Positions 27,814 through 39,692 of a stretch of 64,000 nucleotides of DNA are shown in pieces. This stretch comes from an uncultured delta proteobacterium. GTDB taxonomy: Bacteria > Desulfobacterota > Binatia > Binatales > Binataceae. Under the pieces are notes generated by a model. The model saw only the letters and a program-made list of their open reading frames with translations. It was not told where the DNA came from and did no database searches. Both the position numbers and the translations under genes were made by a program. The DNA is taken from assembly GCA_963808235.1 (NCBI GenBank), contig CAWEEQ010000004.1, positions 3,584,001-3,648,000 on the forward strand, given 5' to 3'. Within the stretch, counting starts at the first letter, position 1. Each line of letters starts with the position of its first letter.

Positions 27814-30149
27814 CTACAGATTCATCTGGACGATTGTGGCGCCGGCGCCGCCGTGGTGGGGTTCGGCGGGTCGGAACGATGCGCAGTAGGGGGACGTTCC
27901 CAGGTATTCAGCGACTGCCTTGCGGAGAGCGCCGGAGCCGATTCCGTGGACGATTCGCACTTCGGCGCGATTGGTGAGGAAGGCGGTGTCGAGGAATTCT
28001 TCGAGCTTGCGCAGTGCGTCCGTCGTGCGCATCCCGATTAAATTCAGCTCGTTGTGCTCGCTCGCCTCGACGCTGAAGGTGACTGCATTGGCTTTAGCGG
28101 GGCGGCTCTCTGACACCGGGCGTTGCGGCGGATTTACGCAGACGTTCCGGCGCGACTTCGATTCTCAGGCCGCCGCGAACGATAACGGCGCGTGAGGGTT
28201 CGAGCACGATCAACTCGCCGCGGATGTCGCCGACCTCGACGTTGTCGCCGACCTTGAGCGGTGCGTCCGACTCGGTTTCCGCGCGCGTCTCGGGCGCGAG
28301 CTTCTCGAGCTTCGACGCGGAGGTGGTGATGAAGCCCTTAAGGTCGGTGCGCGATTTCGCGCGAGTCTTGAGCTCGTCCATCAGGGCCGCGCCGTCGCGA
28401 CGCATCGCGTCGATAAGCTCCGCGCCTTCCGAGCGCAGTTTTTTCCGATCGTATTCGGTCCGTTGGCGAGCCTTTTCCGCAGTCTCGATCGCGTCGCGCT
28501 CCGCGGCGGCCATGCTCGCTTCGCGGGCGCGAAGTTTCTCGGCCTCGGCGTTCAGACTGGCGCGTTGAGCGTCGAGACGCTTCAAGGCCTCGGTCAGCTC
28601 GATACTCCCCGCGCCCATCGATTGCTCCGCCGCGCGAATTATTTCCTCGGGCAGTCCGAGCCGTCGCGCGACCGCGAGTCCGTAGCTCTGTCCGATGGTG
28701 TGCGGCTTCAGGCGATAGAGCGGCGCGAGGCGGTCGGCGTCGAAATCGACGGCGCTGGCCTCGAACCGCGCCTGCGAATACGCGTGGAGTTTCACCGCCG
28801 TCGAATGGGTCGCGATCGCGAGCATACATCGCCGGGTCCCGAGATGGTTCATCAGGCCGATCGCGAGCGCGGCACCTTCGGCGGGGTCGGTGCCGGCGCC
28901 GGGTTCGTCGAGGATCACGAGTGCCGGCTCGACCAGCGACTTGAGAATGTCCGACAGGTTCGCGATGTGACCGGAGAAGCTCGACAAGTTCGACTCGATC
29001 GATTGCTCGTCGCCGATATCGGCGAACACGCTGCGAAAGACGGTAGCCTTGCTGCCGGAGCGCGCGGGGATGAGCATCCCGGCCTGCGCCATCAGGGAGA
29101 GCAGCCCGATAGTTTTGAGGGCGACGGTTTTGCCGCCGGTGTTCGGGCCCGAAATCACGATACCGCGCTGGCCGGGGCCGATTCGCACGTCGATCGGAAT
29201 CACTTCGCGTCCGCTGGTCATCAGAAGGGGATGGCGTGCGTCGCCGAAATCGATTCCTTCGTCCACGATTTCGCGGCTCGACGCATTTGAATTTCTCGGC
29301 GAAGAGAGCGCGCGCATTCATCGCGTCAAGCGAGACCATCGCGTCGAAGGTCATCCGCAATTCCGGCGCGTATCCACCGACCATCGCGGTCAGCCGCGCG
29401 AGGATTCGATTTTCTTCCGCCTCGGCTTCGCGCTCGAGCATCATCAGGCGGTTGTTCAGCTCGACCGCCCACATCGGCTCGACGAAAAGAGTCTCGCCCG
29501 ACACACTGCGGTCCTGCACGATTCCCTCGAAGCGCTCCGCGTAGTTGAGTTTCATCGGGAGGACGAAGCGGCGATTGCGAATCGTGACCAGGTAATCGGA
29601 GACGAAGGACTCCATCCCGGAGGCGTTGAGCGAGCGGAGCAGGCGGGCTTCGAGGTCGGCGCGTTCGTCGCGAAGGCGATGGCGCAGGCGCTTCAGCTCG
29701 GGGCTGGCGTCGTCGAGGAGCGTGCCGTCGTCGGCGAGCGCGGTTAGCATCGCGTCCGCCAACTCCTTGGGCGCGAGCAGGTTTTGCACGATCGAGGCGA
29801 CGTGCGGAAATCGTTCGACTCGCGAGCGCAGGAATCCGGCGACATGGCGTGAGCCGACGATAAAATCGCGCACCTTGACCAGCGCTTCGCCGCCGAGGAT
29901 CGCGCCGGCGCGCGCGGCGGCAAGAAGGTAGGGGCGCTGATCGGTGAATTCGTTGATAGGGATCGAGCCTGAGTGCGAGCGCAGATCGACCATCTCGGCG
30001 GTTGCGCGCAGGCGCTCGCGGACTTCTGCGGGCTCGATCGACGGACGAATGGCAGCGGTCATTTCGCGGCCAGGCTCCGAGGCGCAAAGATCCATGACGA
30101 GGTGAATGACCTTGTCGAATTCGAGAGATTTCAGATCGCGTTCACGCAT
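27814..30149 (-). CDS. mutS2: Endonuclease MutS2 (two apparent frameshifts near 29273 and 28119)
   Basis: SLEFDKV, SVSGETLFVEP, ARHPLL, SGPNTGGKT, DIGDEQSI, LDEPGAGTDP, Smr domain IVHGIGSGAL. Confidence 0.93.
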
Positions 30150-30262
30150 CAGATTGAAGCCGTTCGGCTTTTGCGCATTCCGCCGTTGCTAAGGCTAATA
30201 TCTATCGCAACTTTTGTTTGCAGGCATCATCAAGGATTCTCATACAGACACTAAGGATTCAG

Positions 30263-31872
30263 ATGGAACGAATAGAATCGCACTTGACACTGGCTCCGAC
30301 GAATTCCTGCGCAACCGCGACGCGATGGAGACGATTGTCAAGCGGCTGCGCGCTGAGATCGATCGAATCCGCGAGGGCGGTCCGGAGCATTCGCGCAAGC
30401 TGCACGTCGGGCGCGGCAAGATGCTCGCGCGCGAGCGGGTCAAAAAACTGCTCGACCCCCAGAGTCCGTTTCTTGAGCTGTCGCCGCTGGCGGCATTCGG
30501 GATGTACGACGGCGACTCGCCCGGCGCGAGCATCATCACCGGCGTCGGGCGAATCCATGGGCGCGAGACGGTGGTCGTCGCCAACGACGCGACGGTCAAG
30601 GGCGGCACCTACTTTCCGATCACGGTGAAGAAGCATCTGCGGGCGCAGGAAATCGCGATCGAGAATCGGCTGCCGTGCGTGTACCTGGTCGATTCGGGCG
30701 GCGCGTTCCTGCCGCTGCAAGCGGAAATTTTTCCGGACCGCGAGCACTTCGGGCGCATCTTTTACAACCAGGCGCGGATGTCCGCGATGGGACTGGCGCA
30801 GGTCGCGGCGGTGATGGGCAGTTGCACCGCGGGCGGCGCGTACGTGCCCGCGATGTGCGACGAGAATATCATCGTGCGCGGCGAGGGGACCATTTTCCTT
30901 GCCGGGCCGCCGCTGGTGCGAGCCGCCACGGGCGAGGAAGTGAGCGCGGAGGATCTGGGCGGCGGCGACGTGCATACGCGGCTCTCGGGCGTGAGCGATC
31001 ACCTGGCCGACGACGACGAGCATGCGCTCGAGATAGCGCGCGCGATCTTCGAGAACCTGGGGCCTCGCACGGCGCACACGATCGAGCAGGAGACACCGGA
31101 GGATCCGCACTACGATCCTGCGGAGCTGTACGGGATCATCCCGGTCGATACGCGCAAGCCCTACGACGTGCGCGAGGTGATCGCGCGGCTGGTGGACGGC
31201 AGCCGGATGCATGAGTTCAAGGCGCGCTATGCGACGACTATGGTCACCGGCTTCGCGCGTATATACGGCTACCCAGTCGGAATCATCGCCAACAACGGCG
31301 TGCTGTTCAGCGAGTCGGCGCTGAAGGCGACCCACTTCATCGAGCTGTGCTGCGCGCGGCGCATCCCGCTGCTATTTCTGCAAAACATCACCGGGTTCAT
31401 CGTCGGCAAGCGCTACGAGCAGGGCGGAATCGCGAAAGACGGCGCCAAGATGGTGAACGCGGTTGCGAACGCGCAGGTGCCGAAGTTCACGGTGATCATC
31501 GGAGCGTCGAACGGCGCCGGAAATTACGGGATGTGCGGGCGGGCATACTCGCCGCGATTGCTGTTCATGTGGCCGAACGCGCGGATTTCGGTGATGGGCG
31601 GCGAGCAGGCAGCCAACACGCTGCTGACTGTAAAGCTCGAGCAAATGAAGCGAGAAGGCGCCGCGATGACCGAGGCGGAGCAAAAAGAATTTCTGCGGCC
31701 GACGCTCGAGAAGTACGAAACCGAATCGAGCGTGTACTATTCGAGCGCGCGGCTGTGGGACGACGGGGTGCTCGATCCGATCGAGACGCGCGCGGCGTTG
31801 GCGCTGGGGATCGCGGCGTCGATGAATGCGCCGATTGGGGAGCATCGAGGATTCGGGGTGTTCAGGATGTGA
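30263..31872 (+). CDS. Acyl-CoA (3-methylcrotonyl-CoA-type) carboxylase carboxyltransferase subunit (probable frameshift near 30283)
   Basis: [48 protein letters not shown]; AAGGA RBS plus ATG 30263 gives MERIESH|LDTGS if one C is restored. Confidence 0.9.
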
Positions 31873-31921
31873 TCATGTCCGTGGCAGAATGCGGCGCGCC
31901 AGGCAATCGCGCCGCAATGGT

Positions 31922-31958
31922 CCCCCACCCTCACCCTCCCACGACGAACGTGGGAGGG
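31922..31958. repeat. REP-like hairpin between convergent genes
   Basis: CCCCCACCCTCA-CCCTCCCACG-ACGAA-CGTGGGAGGG, perfect 10-bp stem. Confidence 0.65.
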
Positions 31959-32006
31959 AACCAGACGGCGGAGGGAAACAGGGAGCGGGTGAGAAGCGCG
32001 CTTTCA

Positions 32007-33068
32007 TCAACTTAGAAAGTGTACCGCGATTGCGACGTTGCTCACTACGAATGAGGCTGGGATTAGCCATCTGGAGTATCTGCGGATGCGCAGGCCGAGG
32101 TCGCGGCGCTGCTCGATGCGATGGGTTACGTGGACGATCATAAGCTCGACGACCGCGATGAAGACGTAGATGTAGCACTCCAGAAAGAACGCATCGATGT
32201 AGGTCAGGTAGGGGAGACGCGGCATCGTCGCGGAGATTGCGAATGCGAACGCGATGACGGTCAGAATGGTGGTGACCGCGACCTGGATCTGGTTGGAGAG
32301 ATCGTTCGCCTCGATCCAGAACACCGCCCATGAGAGGAACACCATCAGCAGCAGGGGCAGAAACACCTTCCATACGTAGAAGCTCGAGCGGCGCTCGACG
32401 GAGATCGCGAACCTCGCCTCGGGGACGGTGAGGCCGCCGTAGGTCGGGGCCGTGCCTACTTGCGGTTTGACCGTGGTCAGATGCCACTGCGCTAGCGACG
32501 AGTAGCTCTCGAACTCGCTCGCCGTCCAGGTCGCATTATCGGCGCGAGTGAACCTGGTCCGGGGTCCATCGACGAGGAAGGGATGAATGATGATTACCAG
32601 AGATTGGCGATCGAACGGGAAGCGTCTAAGCGCGAATCGCGACGACATCGCGACCTTGCATCGTTCGGCGTAGTTCACGGTGCCATTGGGAGAGACTCGA
32701 ATCGAGATATCCGCACGCTGGCGCGGCGATGCAGCGTTGATCATCTCGAGCTGCGGAATCCAGATCTGCCCGAGCGCGTAGTTTCGCTCATGGTCGTCGG
32801 GACCGGCGGGCGTGAACGCGAGGCGCGGATCGATCCAGTGTGCGAACAAGTACGCGTCCATCTGGAACTGCTCGCTCACTTCGTCGATCGACGCGATATT
32901 CACAATGTGCAGGGCAATCGCGATATCGAGCGGCTGGCCATGGTACGGAGGCGGCTGCAAGATCGGATCGGTTGCGATTCCCATCGGCGCGGCCTGGCCC
33001 GCGACACACCACAACATCACGCTCGCGACGGCCACCGTCGCCACGAGCGCCCGCCCGATTCGTATCAT
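32007..33068 (-). CDS. Prokaryotic pentameric ligand-gated ion channel (GLIC/ELIC family)
   Basis: Signal peptide; W.DPRL, IWIPQLEMIN, RRFPFDRQ Pro-loop; four TM helices with the MPRLPYLT M2-M3 loop. Confidence 0.9.
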   Translation of the reverse strand: MIRIGRALVATVAVASVMLWCVAGQAAPMGIATDPILQPPPYHGQPLDIAIALHIVNIASIDEVSEQFQMDAYLFAHWIDPRLAFTPAGPDDHERNYALGQIWIPQLEMINAASPRQRADISIRVSPNGTVNYAERCKVAMSSRFALRRFPFDRQSLVIIIHPFLVDGPRTRFTRADNATWTASEFESYSSLAQWHLTTVKPQVGTAPTYGGLTVPEARFAISVERRSSFYVWKVFLPLLLMVFLSWAVFWIEANDLSNQIQVAVTTILTVIAFAFAISATMPRLPYLTYIDAFFLECYIYVFIAVVELMIVHVTHRIEQRRDLGLRIRRYSRWLIPASFVVSNVAIAVHFLS

Positions 33069-33087
33069 CCCCGCCTAATCCTCCTCC

Positions 33088-34653
<1,566 letters not shown>

Positions 34654-34913
34654 CTATATTTGTAGCGGCCGGGATTCCCGGGCCTTCTCCTCCGAGTCGT
34701 ATACTTTGCAATCTGTCTGTTTTGACCATCATTATTCTAACCCTGCGCGAACGTCGTGGCAGCGCCAATAGCCGCTCTACACACTACCCCCGCGCGCCCT
34801 TTTCAGAGCCGCCCTGTCGATATAGGTTATGGCGCGTGCTCTCGACAATAGGGCACAAAAGTATCAGGAAAGAGAATGAGGACTAGATTTTCTAGCGAGG
34901 CTTAACACCTACC

Positions 34914-35273
34914 ATGCCCTGGACAATTACCCGTCTCTGCATCGATTGCATCGACACCGGATGCGTCAGCGTTTGTCCGGTCGACTGCATCTACGAATAC
35001 ATTGGAACGGACAAGGAAAAATTCCCCAACCAGCTCTATATAGATCCGGACGAGTGTATCGATTGCGGCGCCTGCGAGCCCGAGTGCCCGTGGCAGGCGA
35101 TTTTCGAGGAGCCGGCGGTGCCCGACGTCCTGAAGGACGACATCGCGCTGAACCACGCGATCCTCGAGATCAAGGATCAGTTCAAGGTGATGCCGTTCAA
35201 AAAGGTCGAGCATCCGACCGCCGACCAGGTTGCCGCGAACAAGAAGAAGTGGGGAGTCGATCCGAATAGCTGA
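34914..35273 (+). CDS. fdxA: Dicluster (7Fe/8Fe) ferredoxin
   Basis: [17 protein letters not shown] and [12 protein letters not shown]. Confidence 0.9.
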   Translation: MPWTITRLCIDCIDTGCVSVCPVDCIYEYIGTDKEKFPNQLYIDPDECIDCGACEPECPWQAIFEEPAVPDVLKDDIALNHAILEIKDQFKVMPFKKVEHPTADQVAANKKKWGVDPNS

Positions 35274-35301
35274 CCGCTCCGTCCTACTGAAATCGCGAAC
35301 G

Positions 35302-35907
35302 ATGATACGTCTGTACGACTACCTGCCGTCGGGCAATGGCTACAAGGTTCGCCTGCTCCTGACCCAGCTTGGGACTCCATTCGAGCGGGTCGAACTGGAC
35401 ATCCTGAAGGGCGAGACGCGCACGGCGGAGTTTCTGCGCAAATATCCCAACGGACGAATTCCCGCCGTAGAGCTCGACGATGGCAGGCTGCTCTTCGAGT
35501 CGAATGCGATCATCATGTACTTCGCGGAGGGGACGGCGTTTCTGTCCGCGGATCGTTTCGAGCGGGCCGAGACTCTGCAGTGGCTATTCTTCGAGCAGTA
35601 TAGCCACGAGCCGTATATCGCGAGCGTCCGCTTTCTCGTGATGCATCCGCAGGTGCAGGACGAGCGCCGGCAGATTCTCGACATGATGCGGCGGCGGGGG
35701 TATGACGCGCTCGGGGTGATGGAGGGACATCTGAAGTCGCGCGAGTGGTTCGTCGGCACGCGCTATTCGGTCGCGGACATCGCGCTCTATGCGTACACGA
35801 ACGTGGCCGAAGAAGGCGGCTTCGACTTGTCGGGATATCCAGCGACTCGGGCGTGGCTCGATCGCGTCAAATCACAGCCTCGCCACATTCCAATCACGCA
35901 AGGTTGA
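35302..35907 (+). CDS. Glutathione S-transferase family protein
   Basis: SGNGYKV, NGRIP, ESNAI, YSVADIALY. Confidence 0.92.
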   Translation: MIRLYDYLPSGNGYKVRLLLTQLGTPFERVELDILKGETRTAEFLRKYPNGRIPAVELDDGRLLFESNAIIMYFAEGTAFLSADRFERAETLQWLFFEQYSHEPYIASVRFLVMHPQVQDERRQILDMMRRRGYDALGVMEGHLKSREWFVGTRYSVADIALYAYTNVAEEGGFDLSGYPATRAWLDRVKSQPRHIPITQG

Positions 35908-36136
35908 GCCGTCCACTCCTTTCAAGGAAGATTCGGCCGAGTGGGGCCAGCTCGACGAGCATCTCGGCGCCGTCTATGTGGCGTCGAATTACGAAGCCGT
36001 GCTCGTTAGCATCTTCCCAGACTGTGAGCCTCGGGCATGAGGTGCGCCAGGCGTCCATGACCTCGGAATACGGGCGCGGTCGCGCCGCTATCCATTCGAG
36101 AAAATCCAGGACCAGAGGGGTGAGCGTGTCGGTCAT
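35894..36136 (-). CDS. Small conserved hypothetical protein (80 aa)
   Basis: LDFLEW, WRTSCPRLTVWEDA motif; possibly winged-helix. Confidence 0.7.
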   Translation of the reverse strand: MTDTLTPLVLDFLEWIAARPRPYSEVMDAWRTSCPRLTVWEDANEHGFVIRRHIDGAEMLVELAPLGRIFLERSGRLNLA

Positions 36137-36137
36137 C

Positions 36138-36194
36138 GTCTTAAGCGCCCGTGTCTTGAGCGCCCGTGTCTTAAGCGCCCACGTCTTAAGCGCC
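36138..36194. repeat. 15-bp tandem repeat x4
   Basis: GTCTT(A/G)AGCGCC(CGT/CAC) four times, abutting the start codon at 36136. Confidence 0.9.
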
Positions 36195-36249
36195 TGCTCT
36201 TGCGATGCTAGCCCGGTCCCGGCTTTGGCGCCAACGATTGGCCGCTTTG

Positions 36250-36684
36250 CTATTGCGTGATGACCATCGCGGCGGTGCGGGTGAGCGGGATGCTGACCGA
36301 GGAGACCAACTGTGTCAGCGGCGGAAAGTTATAGCTGACGACGACGGTAACCACGCTTCCGGGTTTGTTGTTGGGCGCCCAGGTCGTGGTCACGGTCAAC
36401 AGACTCGTGTTCAGGACGCCGACGGCTAGACCGTTGACGTAATTCTGAACATCGGTCGTCGACGCGGGATGTGTCGCGGTGGTTCCGTGTACGGTCGCAT
36501 AGCGAACGGCCTGCTGGGCGCTGTAGCACACCCAGTCGTAGGAATAGAGCGCGAGGGCGAAGTTCATGATCGCGAAAAACAGCATCAGGCACGGCGTGAG
36601 CACCAGCGCAAACTCGGCCATCGCCTGTCCGCGATTGCGGCCGCGCCGAAGTGCGGACGAACGCAATGTACGATTCGGATCCAT
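36250..36684 (-). CDS. TadE/TadG-family pseudopilin
   Basis: RG|QAMAEFAL prepilin motif, TM helix, AVRYA. Confidence 0.88.
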   Translation of the reverse strand: MDPNRTLRSSALRRGRNRGQAMAEFALVLTPCLMLFFAIMNFALALYSYDWVCYSAQQAVRYATVHGTTATHPASTTDVQNYVNGLAVGVLNTSLLTVTTTWAPNNKPGSVVTVVVSYNFPPLTQLVSSVSIPLTRTAAMVITQ

Positions 36685-36689
36685 ACTGA

Positions 36690-37148
36690 CTACTGCACAA
36701 CCCGCATGGTGGCTTTTCCCGGCACCGACATCGCCGGCAGGGCGCCCATGAAATTGATCAGCGGAGAGTACGGGGCCGCCGTGATCACTTGCGTGTACAC
36801 CAATCGATGACTGCCGGCGCAGTCGGTCGCGAGGCAGGTCGACGCGGTCCCATCGGAGCATACGCAGAAGTGGCTGGCGGTCGCCGTCATGGAGGTAAGA
36901 TTGGGCGCGTTGTTAGACGCCGCCAGCTGCATCCCGGTATTGTCGTTTGCGGTGGTAAGGTTCTGCGCACCGTACTGAACGCCGGCTCGCGCCGCGTTGC
37001 CGACCGAAATCGCGATGTAGTACGCGCGCCCGGTCTCCACAACGACCAGGAACATCATCAGCATCAGCGGCATGCTGAGCGCGAGCTCCACCGCCGCCTG
37101 CCCTCGCGACCGTCGCACAATCCGCCCGCCATGTGCGATCGTACTCAT
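36690..37148 (-). CDS. TadE/TadG-family pseudopilin
   Basis: RG|QAAVELAL motif, NAARAGVQY. Confidence 0.88.
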   Translation of the reverse strand: MSTIAHGGRIVRRSRGQAAVELALSMPLMLMMFLVVVETGRAYYIAISVGNAARAGVQYGAQNLTTANDNTGMQLAASNNAPNLTSMTATASHFCVCSDGTASTCLATDCAGSHRLVYTQVITAAPYSPLINFMGALPAMSVPGKATMRVVQ

Positions 37149-38446
37149 TCAACCAGCACGGTTCCCTTTATCGGCGAGCCGCCGGCAAGCGAGGAATAGT
37201 TGGTGCCGAGCGTCGAATTGCCGCTGACGCTGACCTTATCAGCGACCACAATGCTGTAGCCGTTGACGCTGCTGTTGCCGCCGTAGGTTAGGGTGGTCGT
37301 CGGGAAGTAGAGCGCGCCATCGTAGGTCGATCCCGCGTTCCCGCCCACCGTCGCGCCCGCGGTGCCAAGGGGAGTCGCTCGATCCTGAAAAAACAAAATT
37401 CCCGTCAGCGGTCCCGAAGTCGGCGCGCTGAAATTCGCGTTCAGATTTCCGGTCATCGAGAGTGGCTGGTAGCCGCCGGTTCCAGTGGTGTTGTAAAACG
37501 TCACCCCGGTCCCGTTCATATTGGCGTTGCCATTTACACTGAACCCGCCGCCGGCGAGCACGTAGGTTCCCGGGTTGAAGTGCAGCCACGTATTGCCGTG
37601 GAGCGTGATGCCCCCGCAATAGGTGCCCGGATAAAGCTGGTAGTAACTGCTGCTGCTGCCGGTGTTCCCGGTAAAAGAAAGCGAAGTGAAGTTGCACGTT
37701 CCGACGGTGGGCGCCTGCAGATAGGCGAGCGGATCGGACGCCGCAATTACTCCGGTCTTAGGCGCCGGAGTAAAGCTGCCGGCGGGGCCGCTGAAACCGC
37801 CCACCACTCCGATCATCGGCGCCGTGATTGTGCCGCTTCCGCTGACGGTGAGGCCGGTAGAGGAACTCGAATCGACCAGCAGACCGCAACCGCTGCTCAC
37901 GACCGCGCTGCCGCTGACCGTCATCGCGCCCGTCGCGCCCGGGTCCATCACATAGATGCAGTTGGGGCCGTTGCCGTTGGACGCGACCGCGCGCGCCGAT
38001 ACGGTGATCGAAGTGATTCCGAGCACGCGCAGAAAATACGTCGGCTCGGGCTTCGACACGATCGCCTCGACATCCGTAGAGTTCGACGTATTCGGTCCTG
38101 TGCTCGGAGGATTGTTGATAGCCACGCTGACGCTGGCCTGGCCGTTGGTGTACCCGTTGCTGGCCGCGTCAGCCTTTCCCGCCACGACCTGATCGCCGTA
38201 GTTCAATTCCTCGGCGGCGGCCATCGCGGCGCTGTCCGCCGCGGTCTGCATCAGGTTCCTCTGATCCTGCATAAAGCCGACGTCAGTGACCACGGCAACC
38301 ATGCCCATGATCGCGATCAGCGCGACGCAGATCAGTATCACCACCTGGCCGCTTGGGCTTGCGGTCATGGTCATCCGCAAGCTCATCAGGTTGTTGGACA
38401 GGTGGCGCACCCGGTGGCGCGGCGCGGCTGGAACTATGTTCATCAT
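37145..38446 (-). CDS. TadG-like pilus tip protein with a Gly/Ser/Thr-rich beta-strand C-terminus
   Basis: SG|QVVIL, DVG, MQTAADSAAMAAA, PG.YCGG repeats. Confidence 0.85.
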   Translation of the reverse strand: MMNIVPAAPRHRVRHLSNNLMSLRMTMTASPSGQVVILICVALIAIMGMVAVVTDVGFMQDQRNLMQTAADSAAMAAAEELNYGDQVVAGKADAASNGYTNGQASVSVAINNPPSTGPNTSNSTDVEAIVSKPEPTYFLRVLGITSITVSARAVASNGNGPNCIYVMDPGATGAMTVSGSAVVSSGCGLLVDSSSSTGLTVSGSGTITAPMIGVVGGFSGPAGSFTPAPKTGVIAASDPLAYLQAPTVGTCNFTSLSFTGNTGSSSSYYQLYPGTYCGGITLHGNTWLHFNPGTYVLAGGGFSVNGNANMNGTGVTFYNTTGTGGYQPLSMTGNLNANFSAPTSGPLTGILFFQDRATPLGTAGATVGGNAGSTYDGALYFPTTTLTYGGNSSVNGYSIVVADKVSVSGNSTLGTNYSSLAGGSPIKGTVLVE

Positions 38447-38469
38447 TTAGCGATCACTCCAGCTTGAGG

Positions 38470-38485
38470 AGCACCGCCCGTGCCA
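38470..38485 (-). promoter_or_regulatory. Putative sigma54 (-24/-12) promoter of the Tad pilin operon
   Basis: TGGCACGGGCGGTGCT on the minus strand (1 mismatch to TGGCAC-N5-TTGC), followed by a GGAG RBS and the ATG at 38446. Confidence 0.55.
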
Positions 38486-38649
38486 TCGAATTAGTCGTAT
38501 CGCCGCAACACGACGATCAACCCGGTGTCCCAAGGCGACAGCCAGACTGTCCGGTTATGACTCTGCCGATGACATCAATACCCCGGGTCGCTGAAATACC
38601 CGGCGCAATGTCGAAAAAGGTTTGACGATGTCGTTGGTTCGATGCCCGG

Positions 38650-39186
38650 CTATGCTACTTCCTCTATTGCCGCCATCAAAGAGCGCAGGTCGAAAGGACC
38701 GTCGTGACGCACCCCGTTAATGAAGAAGGTCGGTGTGCCGTTGACTCCGCTGCGCACCCCGCTGCGAAAATCTGCGCGCACGCGCTCGGCGTATAGATGC
38801 TCGCCCATCTCGCGAACGAATCTGGGCACGTCGAGGCCGAGCGCGCCCGCATACTGCACCAGGTCTGGCGCATCGAGGGCGTCCTGATTTTCGTAGAGCA
38901 GGTCGTGCATCTCCCAGAACTTGCCCTGCGCGCCTGCCGCCTCGGCCGCCTCGGCGGCGTTTTCGGCGTGGGGATGCGACTCGTTTAGCGGGAAGTTTCG
39001 AAAGACTAGGCGCATCTGATCGCCGAGCCGTTTCTGGAGGGCCTTGACTATCGGATAGGCTTCGCCGCAAAAGGGACACTCGTAGTCGCCGTATTCGACC
39101 AGCGTCACGGGAGCCTTCGACGGCCCATCGGCGTGATCGTTCGCGCCGACCGGCGGTTTCAACTTCGCGGTCGCAGTTGGAGTCAT
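38650..39186 (-). CDS. DsbA-family thioredoxin-fold protein
   Basis: EYGDYECPFC, FRNFPL, GVNGTPTFFING. Confidence 0.92.
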   Translation of the reverse strand: MTPTATAKLKPPVGANDHADGPSKAPVTLVEYGDYECPFCGEAYPIVKALQKRLGDQMRLVFRNFPLNESHPHAENAAEAAEAAGAQGKFWEMHDLLYENQDALDAPDLVQYAGALGLDVPRFVREMGEHLYAERVRADFRSGVRSGVNGTPTFFINGVRHDGPFDLRSLMAAIEEVA

Positions 39187-39197
39187 GCGGTCACCTG

Positions 39198-39692
39198 TTA
39201 CTTCGCGCCGAGCGCTTCCAGAGCCGTCAAGATACCATCGGCGCCGGGATTGACGCCGACCGGTGAGAGATAGCTCCAGGCAATCGTTCCCTTTGGATCG
39301 ATCACGAAGAGCGCCCGCTCGGTGACGCCCTCTCGTTCCCGATAAGCGCCGTAGAGCCGCGCGACGGCTCCCTTGGGCTCGAAATCGGAAAGTAACGGGA
39401 AGTGCAACTTCCGCTCGCTGGCGAACGCGGCGTGGCACCAGGAGCCATCGACCGATATCCCGACGATCGCCGCCTTGAAGGCGTGGAACTCCGACAGCAC
39501 CTCATTGTATAGCGCCATCTGATCGCCGCACACGGGACTCCAGTCAGCCGGGTAGAAAGCGATGATCAGTGGAGATCCTTTAAAATCGGACAAAGAGACA
39601 ATTTGGTCCGGAGTGCTATGCAGCGCGAAATCAGGGGCCGGAGTGCCGGGCGCGAGTATCTTGTTTGCGTTTGCTTTTTCGCTGGTTGCCAT
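39198..39692 (-). CDS. AhpC/TSA (AhpE-like) peroxiredoxin
   Basis: FYPADWSPVC, GISVD, FPLLSDF, ERALFVID. Confidence 0.9.
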   Translation of the reverse strand: MATSEKANANKILAPGTPAPDFALHSTPDQIVSLSDFKGSPLIIAFYPADWSPVCGDQMALYNEVLSEFHAFKAAIVGISVDGSWCHAAFASERKLHFPLLSDFEPKGAVARLYGAYREREGVTERALFVIDPKGTIAWSYLSPVGVNPGADGILTALEALGAK

